From NCBI GenBank assembly GCA_001004105.1, contig LCQK01000001.1:166928-230927 (forward strand): a DNA stretch of 64,000 bases, given 5' to 3'. This document shows, in pieces, positions 46,364 through 56,175 of the stretch. How positions within the stretch are numbered: the first letter of the stretch is position 1; each line of letters begins with the position of its first letter. The notes below the pieces were generated by a model. It did no database searches, was not told the origin of the DNA, and saw only the letters and a program-made list of their open reading frames with translations. A program made the position numbers and the translations under genes. The stretch comes from Candidatus Jorgensenbacteria bacterium GW2011_GWB1_50_10 (lineage in GTDB: Bacteria > Patescibacteriota > Minisyncoccia > UBA6257 > GWB1-50-10).

Positions 46364-47149
46364 ATGAAGTATTCACATCTGAGCGAAACAGTATCGATTA
46401 AAAAAGTTTCCGAAGACGGAAAAAAAGGGGTTTTTCACGTTGAGGGCCTCTATACAGGTTACGGTCAGACGGTCGGCAACGCCTTGCGCCGTGCCCTTCT
46501 TTCGTCGCTTCCCGGCGCGGCCATAACCCAGATTAAAATCAAAGGTGTGGACCATGAATTTTCAACGCTGCCCGGCATGGTGGAAGACGCCGTTGAACTC
46601 ACGCTGAATTTAAAAAAAGTCCGGTTTCATTTCTTCGCCGACGAGCCGCAGACTTTGAAACTCCACGTCAAAGGCGAGCGCGAAGTGAAGGCGGGTGACA
46701 TTGAGTCGACGACGCTCGTCAGAGTGGTAAATCCCGAGCTTCGCATCGCCACTTTAACCAAGAAAAACGCCGATTTGGACATGGAGCTTACGGTTGAAAA
46801 AGGTTTGGGCTACGTGCCTTCGGAGTCGCGCCGCCTAGAACGGCTCTCCGTGGGAACCATCGTGCTTGATGCCATTTTTTCGCCGGTCACGCGGGTTGAA
46901 TTTTCGGTGGAGGATATGCGGGTCGGCGAACGCACCGATTATAACCGCTTGGAACTTGAAATCGAAACTGACGGGTCCTTAAGTCCCTCGGAAGCGCTCC
47001 ATAAAGCGGCCAATGTTCTGAAGGATCATTTTGAAAAAGTTTCAGACATTCCGGTTGTTAAAGTTGAAACGGAGGCCATGCCTACCGGCAGGCAGGCGCC
47101 GAAAGAAGGTAGCAAGAAAAAACCGAGAGCGAAGAAGGCGAAATTATGA
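46364..47149 (+). CDS. rpoA: DNA-directed RNA polymerase alpha subunit, short form (N-terminal domain plus Lys-rich tail, apparently no alpha-CTD), tail carries a palindromic-element insertion
   Basis: 261 aa; alpha NTD motifs; C-terminal ...EAMPTGRQAPKEGSKKKPRAKKAKL. Confidence 0.85.
   Translation: MKYSHLSETVSIKKVSEDGKKGVFHVEGLYTGYGQTVGNALRRALLSSLPGAAITQIKIKGVDHEFSTLPGMVEDAVELTLNLKKVRFHFFADEPQTLKLHVKGEREVKAGDIESTTLVRVVNPELRIATLTKKNADLDMELTVEKGLGYVPSESRRLERLSVGTIVLDAIFSPVTRVEFSVEDMRVGERTDYNRLELEIETDGSLSPSEALHKAANVLKDHFEKVSDIPVVKVETEAMPTGRQAPKEGSKKKPRAKKAKL
47090..47107. repeat. Variant palindrome GCCTACCGGCAGGCAGGC in-frame in the rpoA tail (encodes PTGRQA)
   Basis: Direct read; same reading frame as the msrB and efp copies. 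Confidence 0.85.
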
Positions 47150-47496
47150 GGCACTTAGCGAAGGGCAGAAAATTCGGCCTCACAAAAGGTAAGAGAAAAG
47201 CGTTTTTGAAAACGCTTGCGGGGAATTTCATTAAAAAAGAGAGAATTGTGACGACCGAGGCGAGAGCCAAGGAAATCCGGCCGCTCGTCGAGCGGTTTGT
47301 AAGCTACGGCAAGCGCAGAAATTTGCAGGGACTTCGGCTTCTTCTTCAAAAACTTCCCAAAGAAGCCGCTTATAAGGTTTATTACGAAATTGCCCCCCGT
47401 TATGAAGGTCGCCGCGGCGGCTACGTTAGAATCGTGAAGCGCGCGGCCGCGAGGCGCGGCGACGGCGCAAAAATGGCCACCATTGAATTCGTTTAA
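47146..47496 (+). CDS. rplQ: 50S ribosomal protein L17
   Basis: MRHLAKGRKFGLTKGKRKA. Confidence 0.9.
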   Translation: MRHLAKGRKFGLTKGKRKAFLKTLAGNFIKKERIVTTEARAKEIRPLVERFVSYGKRRNLQGLRLLLQKLPKEAAYKVYYEIAPRYEGRRGGYVRIVKRAAARRGDGAKMATIEFV

Positions 47497-47498
47497 CT

Positions 47499-47846
47499 AT
47501 GGCCGAATACGTTATTGACGCAAAAAACAAAAAACTCGGACGACTGGCGAGCGAAATCGCGGTTATTCTCCAAGGCAAAAAAAATCCGACCTACGAACCT
47601 AAAGAAGCCGGCAGCGACCGCGTCGTCGTAAAAAACGTGGCCGGTTTGACTTTAAGCGGCCGCAAAACGAAACAAAAAGTTTATTATAAGCACACCGGTC
47701 CTTTGGGTCACCTCAAAATCAGGAAATACGAGGAAGTTTTCGCGAAAAACCCGGCCTGGGTGCTCCGCCACGCTGTTTCCCTGATGTTGCCCAAAAACCG
47801 TCTCCAAAAAGCAAGGATGAAAAGATTGGTCATTCTAGTAAAATAA
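47499..47846 (+). CDS. rplM: 50S ribosomal protein L13
   Basis: 115 aa L13 pattern. Confidence 0.9.
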   Translation: MAEYVIDAKNKKLGRLASEIAVILQGKKNPTYEPKEAGSDRVVVKNVAGLTLSGRKTKQKVYYKHTGPLGHLKIRKYEEVFAKNPAWVLRHAVSLMLPKNRLQKARMKRLVILVK

Positions 47847-47849
47847 TTT

Positions 47850-48296
47850 ATGGAAAAACAAAAAACAAGAGCCAAAGTGAAGAAAATAGAAGAGAAACCC
47901 GTCCCCAAGGAACGTTATTTTGAGGGCTTAGGCAGGCGAAAAACGGCGGTCGCGCGGGTGCGGATCGTAAAAGGCAACCGCGACGAAGTTATTATAAACG
48001 GCCGGGAACTTATGAAATATTTCCCGCTTCAAAAGCAGGCAAACACGGCCGTTTCAGCTTTCAAGCAGCTTTCCCTTAAGGGCTATAAAACGAGTGTCAG
48101 GGTTTCAGGCGGCGGCGCGAGCGCCCAAGCCGAAGCGGTTCGGTTGGGTGTTGCCCGTGCTTTGGTTCTAATGGACGCCGAACTTCGTTCGCGCCTTAAA
48201 GCGCTCGGATTCTTAAGGCGCGACCCGCGAATGGTGGAGCGGAAGAAATACGGGCTACGCAAAGCGCGAAGACCGCAGCAGTGGCGAAAGCGCTAA
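47850..48296 (+). CDS. rpsI: 30S ribosomal protein S9
   Basis: C-terminal GLRKARRPQQWRKR. Confidence 0.9.
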   Translation: MEKQKTRAKVKKIEEKPVPKERYFEGLGRRKTAVARVRIVKGNRDEVIINGRELMKYFPLQKQANTAVSAFKQLSLKGYKTSVRVSGGGASAQAEAVRLGVARALVLMDAELRSRLKALGFLRRDPRMVERKKYGLRKARRPQQWRKR

Positions 48297-49627
48297 AGCG
48301 AGGTCTTTAAAACTTCTCCAGCTTTCAAAAAATACAAGTCGTTTCCGCTTATGGCGTAATTCGCCACATCTTCGGCAATGTCCTCGGCGTTCAAGCCGTC
48401 GCGGGTGTCAAGTTCCGTGACCCAGAGATTGCCCCCTCGGAGGCCGATAAAATGGTTGGTTTTTGGAAGCCAGGTTACATTTTCAAGTTTGTTTTCGTCG
48501 CCTGCCGGAAGAATGATGTTTTTTGTAAAGACCTTATATTCAATGTCGCTTTGGTAATCGTCGAGATATAAAACCTGGAGCGAGCCGTCAGTTTTCGCGA
48601 TGGCCAACCTTTTTTCTTCAGGTGAAAGAACGGCGGTAAAAACTCCGTCGTCAAGGAGTGTGCTTGTCGCCGCGTTTCGGTTGTAAAGATAGAGTTTGTA
48701 AGATTCGTTCAAAAAGATGATTCTTCCGCCTCGCCCAACGATGAGGTTCAGATTTTTAGGGCCCACGAGGGGATAACTCGACCTGATCTTTAAAAGAAGG
48801 TTTATGACGTTCAGGTTCTCGCCGTCCCACAAGACGACTTCGCTTCCGCTTACGGCAAAATCATCGATTTTTTCCGAAAAAGCCAGTCTTTCGAGAGAGA
48901 GTTTTTTGAAATCCAGCGCGTAGAGGGAATTTTGGGTTGAAATAAGGATTTTCTGCGGCGTGAAGGGATGAAACAGAACTTTCTTAATGGGCACAACGCC
49001 TTGCAGGAGGAGTTGCCTTTGTTTTAAGGAGTTGAAAAGCTGGCTCAAATTCGTGGCGGACGAAGGATCATCCAAATCGAAGAGGAAAAAATTATTATTA
49101 TCTTTCGTCACCACAAATTTAGAGTTCGGCCCGCCGAGCAGAATGTCGTTCCCCCGCAGTATCACTTCATTGTTAAAGAGGAGCTTATTTTCCTCGTCCC
49201 GAAAAATAAGTCCTTTTTCCGTGAGATAAAAATTTTCCGTTTTTTCATTGATTTTTTCGGTTTCGGGCGTCACGGGCCACAATTTAATTTGGGAAACCGA
49301 GGTAATGAGACCGGATTTAACGGAGAGCGTTTTCCGCCAGGGACGAAAACCGGGTTTTGATACTTCAATTTCATATTCGCCTGGGGAGAGGTTCCTGATG
49401 AGCGAACCGGTTTCAAAGAGACCGGAGGAGCCGCTTGTTTTTTTGCCGTTCAAACGGATTTCGGCATCAGCGGGTGAATGCTTCAAAAACAGGCCGCCGG
49501 TTTTGACGATTTGGAGATGTTTCAGGTCAAGAACCATCCCTTGGGCGGTAAGAACAAGATAGGCACTGACTATGATAAAAACGGCGGCGAAGAATAAAAA
49601 AAGCAGCCGTCTGGTTTTCAAATTCAT
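48293..49627 (-). CDS. PEGA domain-containing exported protein (signal anchor, PEGA, beta-rich C-terminal region)
   Basis: GEYEIEVSKPGFRPWRKTLSV PEGA motif; N-terminal TM. Confidence 0.55.
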   Translation of the reverse strand: MNLKTRRLLFLFFAAVFIIVSAYLVLTAQGMVLDLKHLQIVKTGGLFLKHSPADAEIRLNGKKTSGSSGLFETGSLIRNLSPGEYEIEVSKPGFRPWRKTLSVKSGLITSVSQIKLWPVTPETEKINEKTENFYLTEKGLIFRDEENKLLFNNEVILRGNDILLGGPNSKFVVTKDNNNFFLFDLDDPSSATNLSQLFNSLKQRQLLLQGVVPIKKVLFHPFTPQKILISTQNSLYALDFKKLSLERLAFSEKIDDFAVSGSEVVLWDGENLNVINLLLKIRSSYPLVGPKNLNLIVGRGGRIIFLNESYKLYLYNRNAATSTLLDDGVFTAVLSPEEKRLAIAKTDGSLQVLYLDDYQSDIEYKVFTKNIILPAGDENKLENVTWLPKTNHFIGLRGGNLWVTELDTRDGLNAEDIAEDVANYAISGNDLYFLKAGEVLKTSL

Positions 49628-49651
49628 ATGGGATAGTATACTTTAAAGGAC

Positions 49652-50947
49652 ATGAAATTCGTAGTTAGGGGCGGTAAACCATTGAAGGGAGAAGTTAAGC
49701 TCGCCGGCGCCAAGAACGCCGCGACAAAGTTGCTCGTTGCGTCCATTTTAAGCGAAGAGCCTTCAGTTTTGGAAAATTTTCCGATTATCGGCGATACGGC
49801 AATTACCGCGGGCCTCTGCGAAGAATTGGGAAGCGAAATTTTAAAAGACGGCAATACTGTTTCCATCAAAACGCCGGTCATTAAAAACACCAGGGTCGGC
49901 TTGCTCACCCGCCGCAACCGGATTCCCGTTTTGGCCTTAGGACCGCTTCTTGCGAGAGCCGGCCGAGCCGAAGTGCCGGTCGTAGGCGGCGATAAAATCG
50001 GCGCCCGGCCGGTTGATATTCATCTGGAGGCGTTAAAAAAGCTTGGAGCCGAAGTTACGATTTCCGGTGCTTCTTACGAAGCCAAGGCGCCGGAGGGCTT
50101 ACGGGGAGCAGAGATAACCTTCCGTTTTCCTTCGGTCGGGGCGACCGAAAACACACTCCTTGCCTCGGTTTTAGCCAAGGGCAAAACCGTCATGAGAAAT
50201 GCGGCTCTTGAGCCCGAGATAATGGACTTAATCAAATTTTTGCAGAAAATGGGGGCGATTATCGAGCTTGGGGCGAACCGCACAATTTATGTGGAGGGCG
50301 TCTCGCGCCTGCGGGGAGCAAAACACAGTATTTTGCCGGATCGGAACGAAGCGGTTTCTTTTGCCTGTCTTGCGGTCGTGACGGGGGGCGATATCTTCGT
50401 AAAAGACGCCGTTCAGGAACATTTGATAACTTTTTTGAACACCTTACGGAGAATCGGCGGCGACTACGAGGTGGTTAATGGAGGTGTGAGATTTTGGAGA
50501 GCCGGCAAACTTACGCCCACTAGCATTGAAACCGACACCCATCCGGGTTTCATGACCGATTGGCAGCAGCCGCTTGCCATACTTCTCACGCAGGCCGAGG
50601 GCGTTTCAAAAATCCACGAGACCGTTTACGAAGACCGTTTCAGCTACACCAAGGACTTGAATTTAATGGGAGCGGATATTATTGTGACTACGGAGTGTCT
50701 CGGTAGTTTGCCTTGCCGTTTCTCCGGAAAATTTCCCCATAGTGCGACGATAAGTGGACCGACGCCCTTGAAAGGAATGAAGTTGGAAGTGCCGGATTTG
50801 CGGGCGGGGATGGCGCACCTGACCGCCGCTTTAATCGCCGAGGGGGAGTCCGAAATTTCGGGCGTGGAGGAAATCGACCGCGGTTACGAAAGGATAGATG
50901 AGAGATTGAGATATTTGGGCGCCGACATTAAAAGAATTGACGATTAA
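49652..50947 (+). CDS. murA: UDP-N-acetylglucosamine 1-carboxyvinyltransferase
   Basis: 431 aa, EPSP-synthase fold motifs. Confidence 0.9.
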   Translation: MKFVVRGGKPLKGEVKLAGAKNAATKLLVASILSEEPSVLENFPIIGDTAITAGLCEELGSEILKDGNTVSIKTPVIKNTRVGLLTRRNRIPVLALGPLLARAGRAEVPVVGGDKIGARPVDIHLEALKKLGAEVTISGASYEAKAPEGLRGAEITFRFPSVGATENTLLASVLAKGKTVMRNAALEPEIMDLIKFLQKMGAIIELGANRTIYVEGVSRLRGAKHSILPDRNEAVSFACLAVVTGGDIFVKDAVQEHLITFLNTLRRIGGDYEVVNGGVRFWRAGKLTPTSIETDTHPGFMTDWQQPLAILLTQAEGVSKIHETVYEDRFSYTKDLNLMGADIIVTTECLGSLPCRFSGKFPHSATISGPTPLKGMKLEVPDLRAGMAHLTAALIAEGESEISGVEEIDRGYERIDERLRYLGADIKRIDD

Positions 50948-50954
50948 CTCAAAA

Positions 50955-51962
50955 ATGTTTGTAAGAAAAATAGGCATTGATTTGGGAACGACGAATACTT
51001 TGGTTTTTTTACCTGACAAAGGCATCGTCATCAACGAACCAACCGTCGTTGCTCTCCGCCGGCCCGATAACGGCGTTTTGGCGGTTGGCGCCGAGGCCAA
51101 AGAAATGGTGGGGCGCACACCCGACAATATCGTCACCTACAAACCTTTAAAAGACGGCGTCATTGCCGAGTATTACATCACTCAAGCGATGCTCAAATAT
51201 TTCATTGCCAAAAGCATCGGTCCTTTCAACGTTTTCCGGCCAGAGGTGGTCATTTCTGTGCCGGCCGGCATTACTTCCACCGAGTATCGGGCGGTCATGA
51301 ATGCGGCCCGGGAGGCCGGCGCTCGCGAAGTTTATCTCGTTAAGGAGCCGCTTTTGGCTTCCTTGGGTGCCGGTATCCCCATTCATTCTTCGGAAGGGAA
51401 TATGATTGTGAATATCGGCGGCGGCACGACGGAGGTCGCCATCATTTCCTTGGGTGGCATTGTTGCCTGGGCGAGCCGGCGGGTGGCCGGCAACCGTTTT
51501 GACCAGGCCGTTTCCGAGTATATCAAGAAAAAATACGGCCTCGCGATTGGCGAGAGCACGGCCGAGAACATCAAAATCGCGGTGGGCAGCGCCTTGCCGA
51601 ACCGGACGAAGCTTGAGGCGAAAATCCGCGGCCGCGACTTGCTCTCCGGCTTGCCGCGGGATTTGGTGGTGAATTCCAATGAGGTGGCGGAAGCGATTAA
51701 TCCGTACTTAATAGAGATAATGGATGCGGTCCAGTCGGTTTTCAACGTCACGCCGCCGGAACTCGCGGCTGATATCATGGAAAAAGGCATTATTCTTTCG
51801 GGCGGCAGCGCCCAACTTCGGAATTTGGACGAATTTTTCAAGCGGTCTTTGGGGGTGGCGGCCTACATTGCGGAGGACCCGTTTTTCTGCGTTGCCCGCG
51901 GCACGGCGACGATCTTGAATCACCTCGACGTTTATAAGCGGACGCTTTTGACCAAACGATGA
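50955..51962 (+). CDS. mreB: Rod shape-determining protein MreB
   Basis: IGIDLGTTNTLV, actin-fold phosphate motifs; ATG 50955. Confidence 0.85.
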   Translation: MFVRKIGIDLGTTNTLVFLPDKGIVINEPTVVALRRPDNGVLAVGAEAKEMVGRTPDNIVTYKPLKDGVIAEYYITQAMLKYFIAKSIGPFNVFRPEVVISVPAGITSTEYRAVMNAAREAGAREVYLVKEPLLASLGAGIPIHSSEGNMIVNIGGGTTEVAIISLGGIVAWASRRVAGNRFDQAVSEYIKKKYGLAIGESTAENIKIAVGSALPNRTKLEAKIRGRDLLSGLPRDLVVNSNEVAEAINPYLIEIMDAVQSVFNVTPPELAADIMEKGIILSGGSAQLRNLDEFFKRSLGVAAYIAEDPFFCVARGTATILNHLDVYKRTLLTKR

Positions 51963-52720
51963 CGGAGCTTTACGGTCACGAGGGTAAACTTGCCGCTTTT
52001 CAAAAACTGATCGAAAGCGGCCTCTTGAGCCACGCTTATCTTTTTTACGGCGCTCCCGGGATAGGTAAGTTTCATTTTGCGAAAATTTTGGCTCGGAGAA
52101 TGGAATTCGGCGCCGTTTCGCCTAAAAAAGAACCGTTCTTAGACACCTTTTTTATTGAACCGGATGAAAAAGGAACAATCGGAGTGGAGACAGTCCGCGA
52201 AATCAGAAAATTTTTGTCGCAAAAGCCCTTCCGGTCAAGCCGCCGGCTTGCGGTTGTCCGGGACGCCGAGGCCTTAACCAGGGAAGCACAAAGCGCGATG
52301 CTCAAAATCGTTGAAGAGCCGGGAGAGGCGGCACTCATTGTTTTTATAGCGCACGACCCGCAAGTCCTTTTTGCGCCGCTCCGCTCACGGCTATTAAGGA
52401 TTTATTTCCGCCATTTCAGAAAAGAAGAACTTGAATCGATTCTTGTGGGCCTTAAAGTAAGCGCCCGGGATGCTAAATCAATCGCTTCAAAATCGTTCGG
52501 CCGCCTGGACTTGGCTCTTCGCTTCGCTAAAGGAAAGAAAATAAGGACCGATGATTTATTTGAAGAAATAACCCAGGAAATTCTCAATCTTTATTTTAAG
52601 GGAGTTAAAGCGGAATCCGGGAAACTTTCAGAGCTCCTTAGTCGGGCAACGGCTGCGGTGCGCTTCAATCTCAATGCCAATCTTCAGCGCAAGGCCCTGG
52701 AATACATAATGGAGCAATGA
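51959..52720 (+). CDS. holB: DNA polymerase III delta-prime subunit-like (HolB)
   Basis: AYLFYGAPGIGKFHFAKILA AAA+ Walker A, 253 aa. Confidence 0.7.
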   Translation: MTELYGHEGKLAAFQKLIESGLLSHAYLFYGAPGIGKFHFAKILARRMEFGAVSPKKEPFLDTFFIEPDEKGTIGVETVREIRKFLSQKPFRSSRRLAVVRDAEALTREAQSAMLKIVEEPGEAALIVFIAHDPQVLFAPLRSRLLRIYFRHFRKEELESILVGLKVSARDAKSIASKSFGRLDLALRFAKGKKIRTDDLFEEITQEILNLYFKGVKAESGKLSELLSRATAAVRFNLNANLQRKALEYIMEQ

Positions 52721-53268
52721 ACGATTTTATTTCCGATTTTAAAACTAAACTCTCCGCCGTTCTTTCCGATTTCAAAAAGGAATTGGGCGGGATTCGGACG
52801 AATCGCCCGACGCCGGCTATTTTGGAAAACATCCGGGTGGAGTATTACGGCCAAAAATTACCCCTCAATCAGGTTGCCTCGATCGCCATTGAACCGCCGC
52901 GCGACATCGTGGTTTCCGTTTGGGATGCTTCGGCTATCCCCGAAGTCGTGAAGGGCATTGAATCGGCCTCAATGGGCTTATCGGCCGCCCCCCAGGGCAA
53001 CATCGTCCGGGTTCATTTGCCGGAGCTCTCCACCGAACGGCGGGCGGAACTTACCAAACTTGTGGGACGCATTGCTGAAGATTACCGCATCAAGGTGCGG
53101 CACCTCCGGGATGAGGTTAATAAACACGCGGAAAATCTTTTCAAAAGCGGAGAAATCAACGAGGATATGAAGTTCAAATCAAAGGAAAAAATCCAGGAAG
53201 AGACGGAAAAAACCAACAAAGAGATTGAAACGGCCCTTGAGGGAAAAATCAGGGAAATAAAGGAATGA
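52717..53268 (+). CDS. frr: Ribosome recycling factor
   Basis: 183 aa RRF pattern. Confidence 0.9.
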   Translation: MNDFISDFKTKLSAVLSDFKKELGGIRTNRPTPAILENIRVEYYGQKLPLNQVASIAIEPPRDIVVSVWDASAIPEVVKGIESASMGLSAAPQGNIVRVHLPELSTERRAELTKLVGRIAEDYRIKVRHLRDEVNKHAENLFKSGEINEDMKFKSKEKIQEETEKTNKEIETALEGKIREIKE

Positions 53269-54308
53269 TCATCGTTCTTGTCGTCGTCGGCCTGTCGCTT
53301 TTGATTTTAGTCCACGAATTCGGCCACTTTTTGGCCGCCAAACTATCGGGCGTCAAAGTGGAGGAATTCGGTCTGGGTTTTCCGCCGCGCCTCTTCGGTA
53401 AAAAAATAGGCGAGACGATTTACAGCATAAACCTCCTGCCTTTCGGCGGCTTTGTGAGAATTTTCGGTGAGGACGGAAGCGAGGAAACCAAGCGGGACGA
53501 GAAAAGTTTTTCCAATCAGCCCATCTCACACCGTTCGGCGATAATTCTCGCCGGTGTCATCATGAACGTAATCCTTGGCTGGCTTATCTTGAGCTTGGTT
53601 TTCGCAATCGGCGCGCCGGAACATTTGATGATTGCCGAAGTTGCCCCCGGCTCACCGGCCGCCGAAGCCAAATTGAAAAGCGGCGACGTCATTTTGGAAG
53701 CGAGAACCAGAGAGGTTTTAAGCGACCCGGTGAGAAGCAGCGCTTTTGTGGATTTGGTGGAGAACGCCCCAGGAGAAGTTTTTTTGAAGCTAAAGCGGGG
53801 CAAGGATGTTTTTGAGACGACTCTCGCACCCCGGAGGGAACCGCCCGCGGGGCAAGGACCGATTGGCGTGAGTTTGGTGGAAATCGGAATTCCCTCCGAG
53901 CCAATTCTTAAAAGTTTTTACCGGGGGCTCACCGCCACTTTCCGAACCTTAGTTTTGGTTGCCGTAGGCCTTTGGACATTTTTCAGCCGGCTTTTCGTCT
54001 CGCCCGAAGTGCTGGAAACCGTGGCCGGCCCGGTCGGCATTTTCGCCCTCTCGGCTCAGGCCGGTTATTTGGGCCTTGTTTATCTTTTTCAACTTCTCGC
54101 TTTCATTTCTTTGAACTTGGCGGTTTTGAATCTTATTCCTTTTCCGGCTCTGGATGGCGGTCGTTTTCTTCTTCTTATTATTGAAAAAATCAAAGGTAAG
54201 CCGATTTCGCGCCGCTTTCAGGTTGTCGTTAACGCCGCGGGCTTCGTTTTTCTCATTGTTTTAATGCTCATCGTCACTTGGCGCGATGTACTCCGCATCT
54301 TAGAGTGA
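53265..54308 (+). CDS. rseP: RIP metalloprotease RseP (site-2 protease, M50) with PDZ
   Basis: HEFGHF HExxH in TM1, PDZ region, C-terminal LDGG. Confidence 0.8.
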   Translation: MIIVLVVVGLSLLILVHEFGHFLAAKLSGVKVEEFGLGFPPRLFGKKIGETIYSINLLPFGGFVRIFGEDGSEETKRDEKSFSNQPISHRSAIILAGVIMNVILGWLILSLVFAIGAPEHLMIAEVAPGSPAAEAKLKSGDVILEARTREVLSDPVRSSAFVDLVENAPGEVFLKLKRGKDVFETTLAPRREPPAGQGPIGVSLVEIGIPSEPILKSFYRGLTATFRTLVLVAVGLWTFFSRLFVSPEVLETVAGPVGIFALSAQAGYLGLVYLFQLLAFISLNLAVLNLIPFPALDGGRFLLLIIEKIKGKPISRRFQVVVNAAGFVFLIVLMLIVTWRDVLRILE

Positions 54309-54323
54309 TATTATTAATTCAAG

Positions 54324-56168
54324 ATGGCTAATTCCTCGGGAAACAGTAAAGACGTAGTTTACTTCGGCCGGACCGATTTTCGGGGCGAGAACCGGCTCTT
54401 CGGCGTGAAGCGCGCCGATCGGCGCCAGCACATGTATGTTATCGGCAAGACCGGCACCGGCAAGAGCGCGCTCCTGCACAATATGATCGTCCAAGATATT
54501 GCAAACGGCGAAGGCGTTTGCGTCGTTGACCCCCACGGCGAACTCGTTGAGGATATTCTCTCCAAAATTCCCGAGGAGCGGCTAGAGGATGTGATTTATC
54601 TTAATCCGGCCGACACCGAACATTACGTCGGCTTCAACGTGCTGGAGTTGCCGGACCCGAAATACAAACATCTGGTCGCCTCCGGCTTAATGGGAATTTT
54701 CACCAAAATCTGGGCGAATGTCTGGTCGGCGCGGATGGAGTACATCTTGAACAACGCCGTCCTCGCCCTACTGGACACGCCCAATTCCACGCTTTTGGGT
54801 ATTACCCGAATACTCGTTGATAAGGAGTACCGGCAGAAAATTATCGCCAATCTCAAGGACCCGGTGGTGAAGGCCTTTTGGGTTCACGAATACGAAGAAT
54901 GGCAGGATAAATTCCGTAACGAAGCCATCGCTCCCATTCAGAATAAAGTCGGCCAGTTCCTTTCAACCGCCCTCATTAGGAACATTGTGGGGCAGGCCAA
55001 AAGCACGATAGACATTTTTAAAATAATGAACGAGGGAAAAATTTTTATCGTAAATCTTTCTAAAGGCAGAATCGGCGAAGATAATTCTGCTCTCCTTGGA
55101 GCCATGATTATCACCAAAATCCAGCTCTCGGCCATGGAGCGCGTCCGCCTTCCCGAGGAGGAACGGGTGGATTTTTATCTCTATGTCGATGAGTTTCAGA
55201 ATTTCGCGACCGATTCCTTCGCGGGCATTTTGTCGGAGGCCCGCAAATACCGCCTCAATCTGATTTTGGCCCATCAGTACGTGGGCCAGCTCGTGACCGA
55301 AACTTCCACCCGGGTGCGGGATGCCGTTTTCGGCAACGTCGGGACAATGATTATTTTCCGGGTGGGGGCGGCTGATGCTGAATATCTGGAGCCGGAATTT
55401 ACGCCGGAATTCACGATTCAGGATATCGTCAATCTCCCGAACTACCACGTTTATTTGAAACTGATGGTAAACGGCGTGACAAGCCGCCCTTTTTCTTCCC
55501 GGACCCTGCCGCCGTTTAAGGTCCAAGCCTCGCCACTTATCAAGGAAAAAGTGATTGCTTCTTCCGTGAAGCGTTATGGCCGGCCGAGAGTGGTGGTGGA
55601 AGAAGAAATCAACCGCTGGAGCGGGATTATGGCCGGGGAAGGAGGCGCTCCCCCAAGCGGCAAGTATGAAGCGACTTGTTCCATTTGCGGCAAACCGGCG
55701 ATTGTGCCTTTCAAACCCGAGCCGGGCCGGCCGGTTTACTGCAGCGACTGTTTTGCCAAAATTGAGGCCGGCGAACTAAAGCCGCTCCCCGCCAAACTTT
55801 TTACCGGCAAACCTGAAAAGAGATATACAAGCGATTTATCGGCCTTAGGCATTGAATTTGAAGGGTCGCCAAAAAAAGAAACGATGGTGGGTGGGCTCGC
55901 CCGCAACGCTTCGCGTAGCGATGCGGGCGGGGGATTTCTAGAGAGAAGGAACCGGCCCGAAAGAAGAAGATATGAGCGCCCGAGGCAGGGTCCGCCACGG
56001 CCGCAATCCATTATCCGGGAAAGTTCGGTGCCGGAGGAGACCGAGAAGCCACTGGGGCTTAGTGAACTCACGCCTCAAGAGGAAAAAATCAAACCCGAAC
56101 GGAGTAAACCCGAGCCGGACGTGGCCGGTCTCCAAGAAGCGCTCCGAAAGGCGCTGGAGAATAAGTAG
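54324..56168 (+). CDS. VirD4/TraD-type (T4SS coupling protein-like) AAA ATPase with C-terminal zinc ribbon and RG-rich tail
   Basis: Walker A GKTGTGKS, VVDPHGE, Walker B YLYVDEFQNF; C-terminal CSICGK...VYCSDCF; no other T4SS genes in the window. Confidence 0.5.
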   Translation: MANSSGNSKDVVYFGRTDFRGENRLFGVKRADRRQHMYVIGKTGTGKSALLHNMIVQDIANGEGVCVVDPHGELVEDILSKIPEERLEDVIYLNPADTEHYVGFNVLELPDPKYKHLVASGLMGIFTKIWANVWSARMEYILNNAVLALLDTPNSTLLGITRILVDKEYRQKIIANLKDPVVKAFWVHEYEEWQDKFRNEAIAPIQNKVGQFLSTALIRNIVGQAKSTIDIFKIMNEGKIFIVNLSKGRIGEDNSALLGAMIITKIQLSAMERVRLPEEERVDFYLYVDEFQNFATDSFAGILSEARKYRLNLILAHQYVGQLVTETSTRVRDAVFGNVGTMIIFRVGAADAEYLEPEFTPEFTIQDIVNLPNYHVYLKLMVNGVTSRPFSSRTLPPFKVQASPLIKEKVIASSVKRYGRPRVVVEEEINRWSGIMAGEGGAPPSGKYEATCSICGKPAIVPFKPEPGRPVYCSDCFAKIEAGELKPLPAKLFTGKPEKRYTSDLSALGIEFEGSPKKETMVGGLARNASRSDAGGGFLERRNRPERRRYERPRQGPPRPQSIIRESSVPEETEKPLGLSELTPQEEKIKPERSKPEPDVAGLQEALRKALENK

Positions 56169-56175
56169 GGAATTA

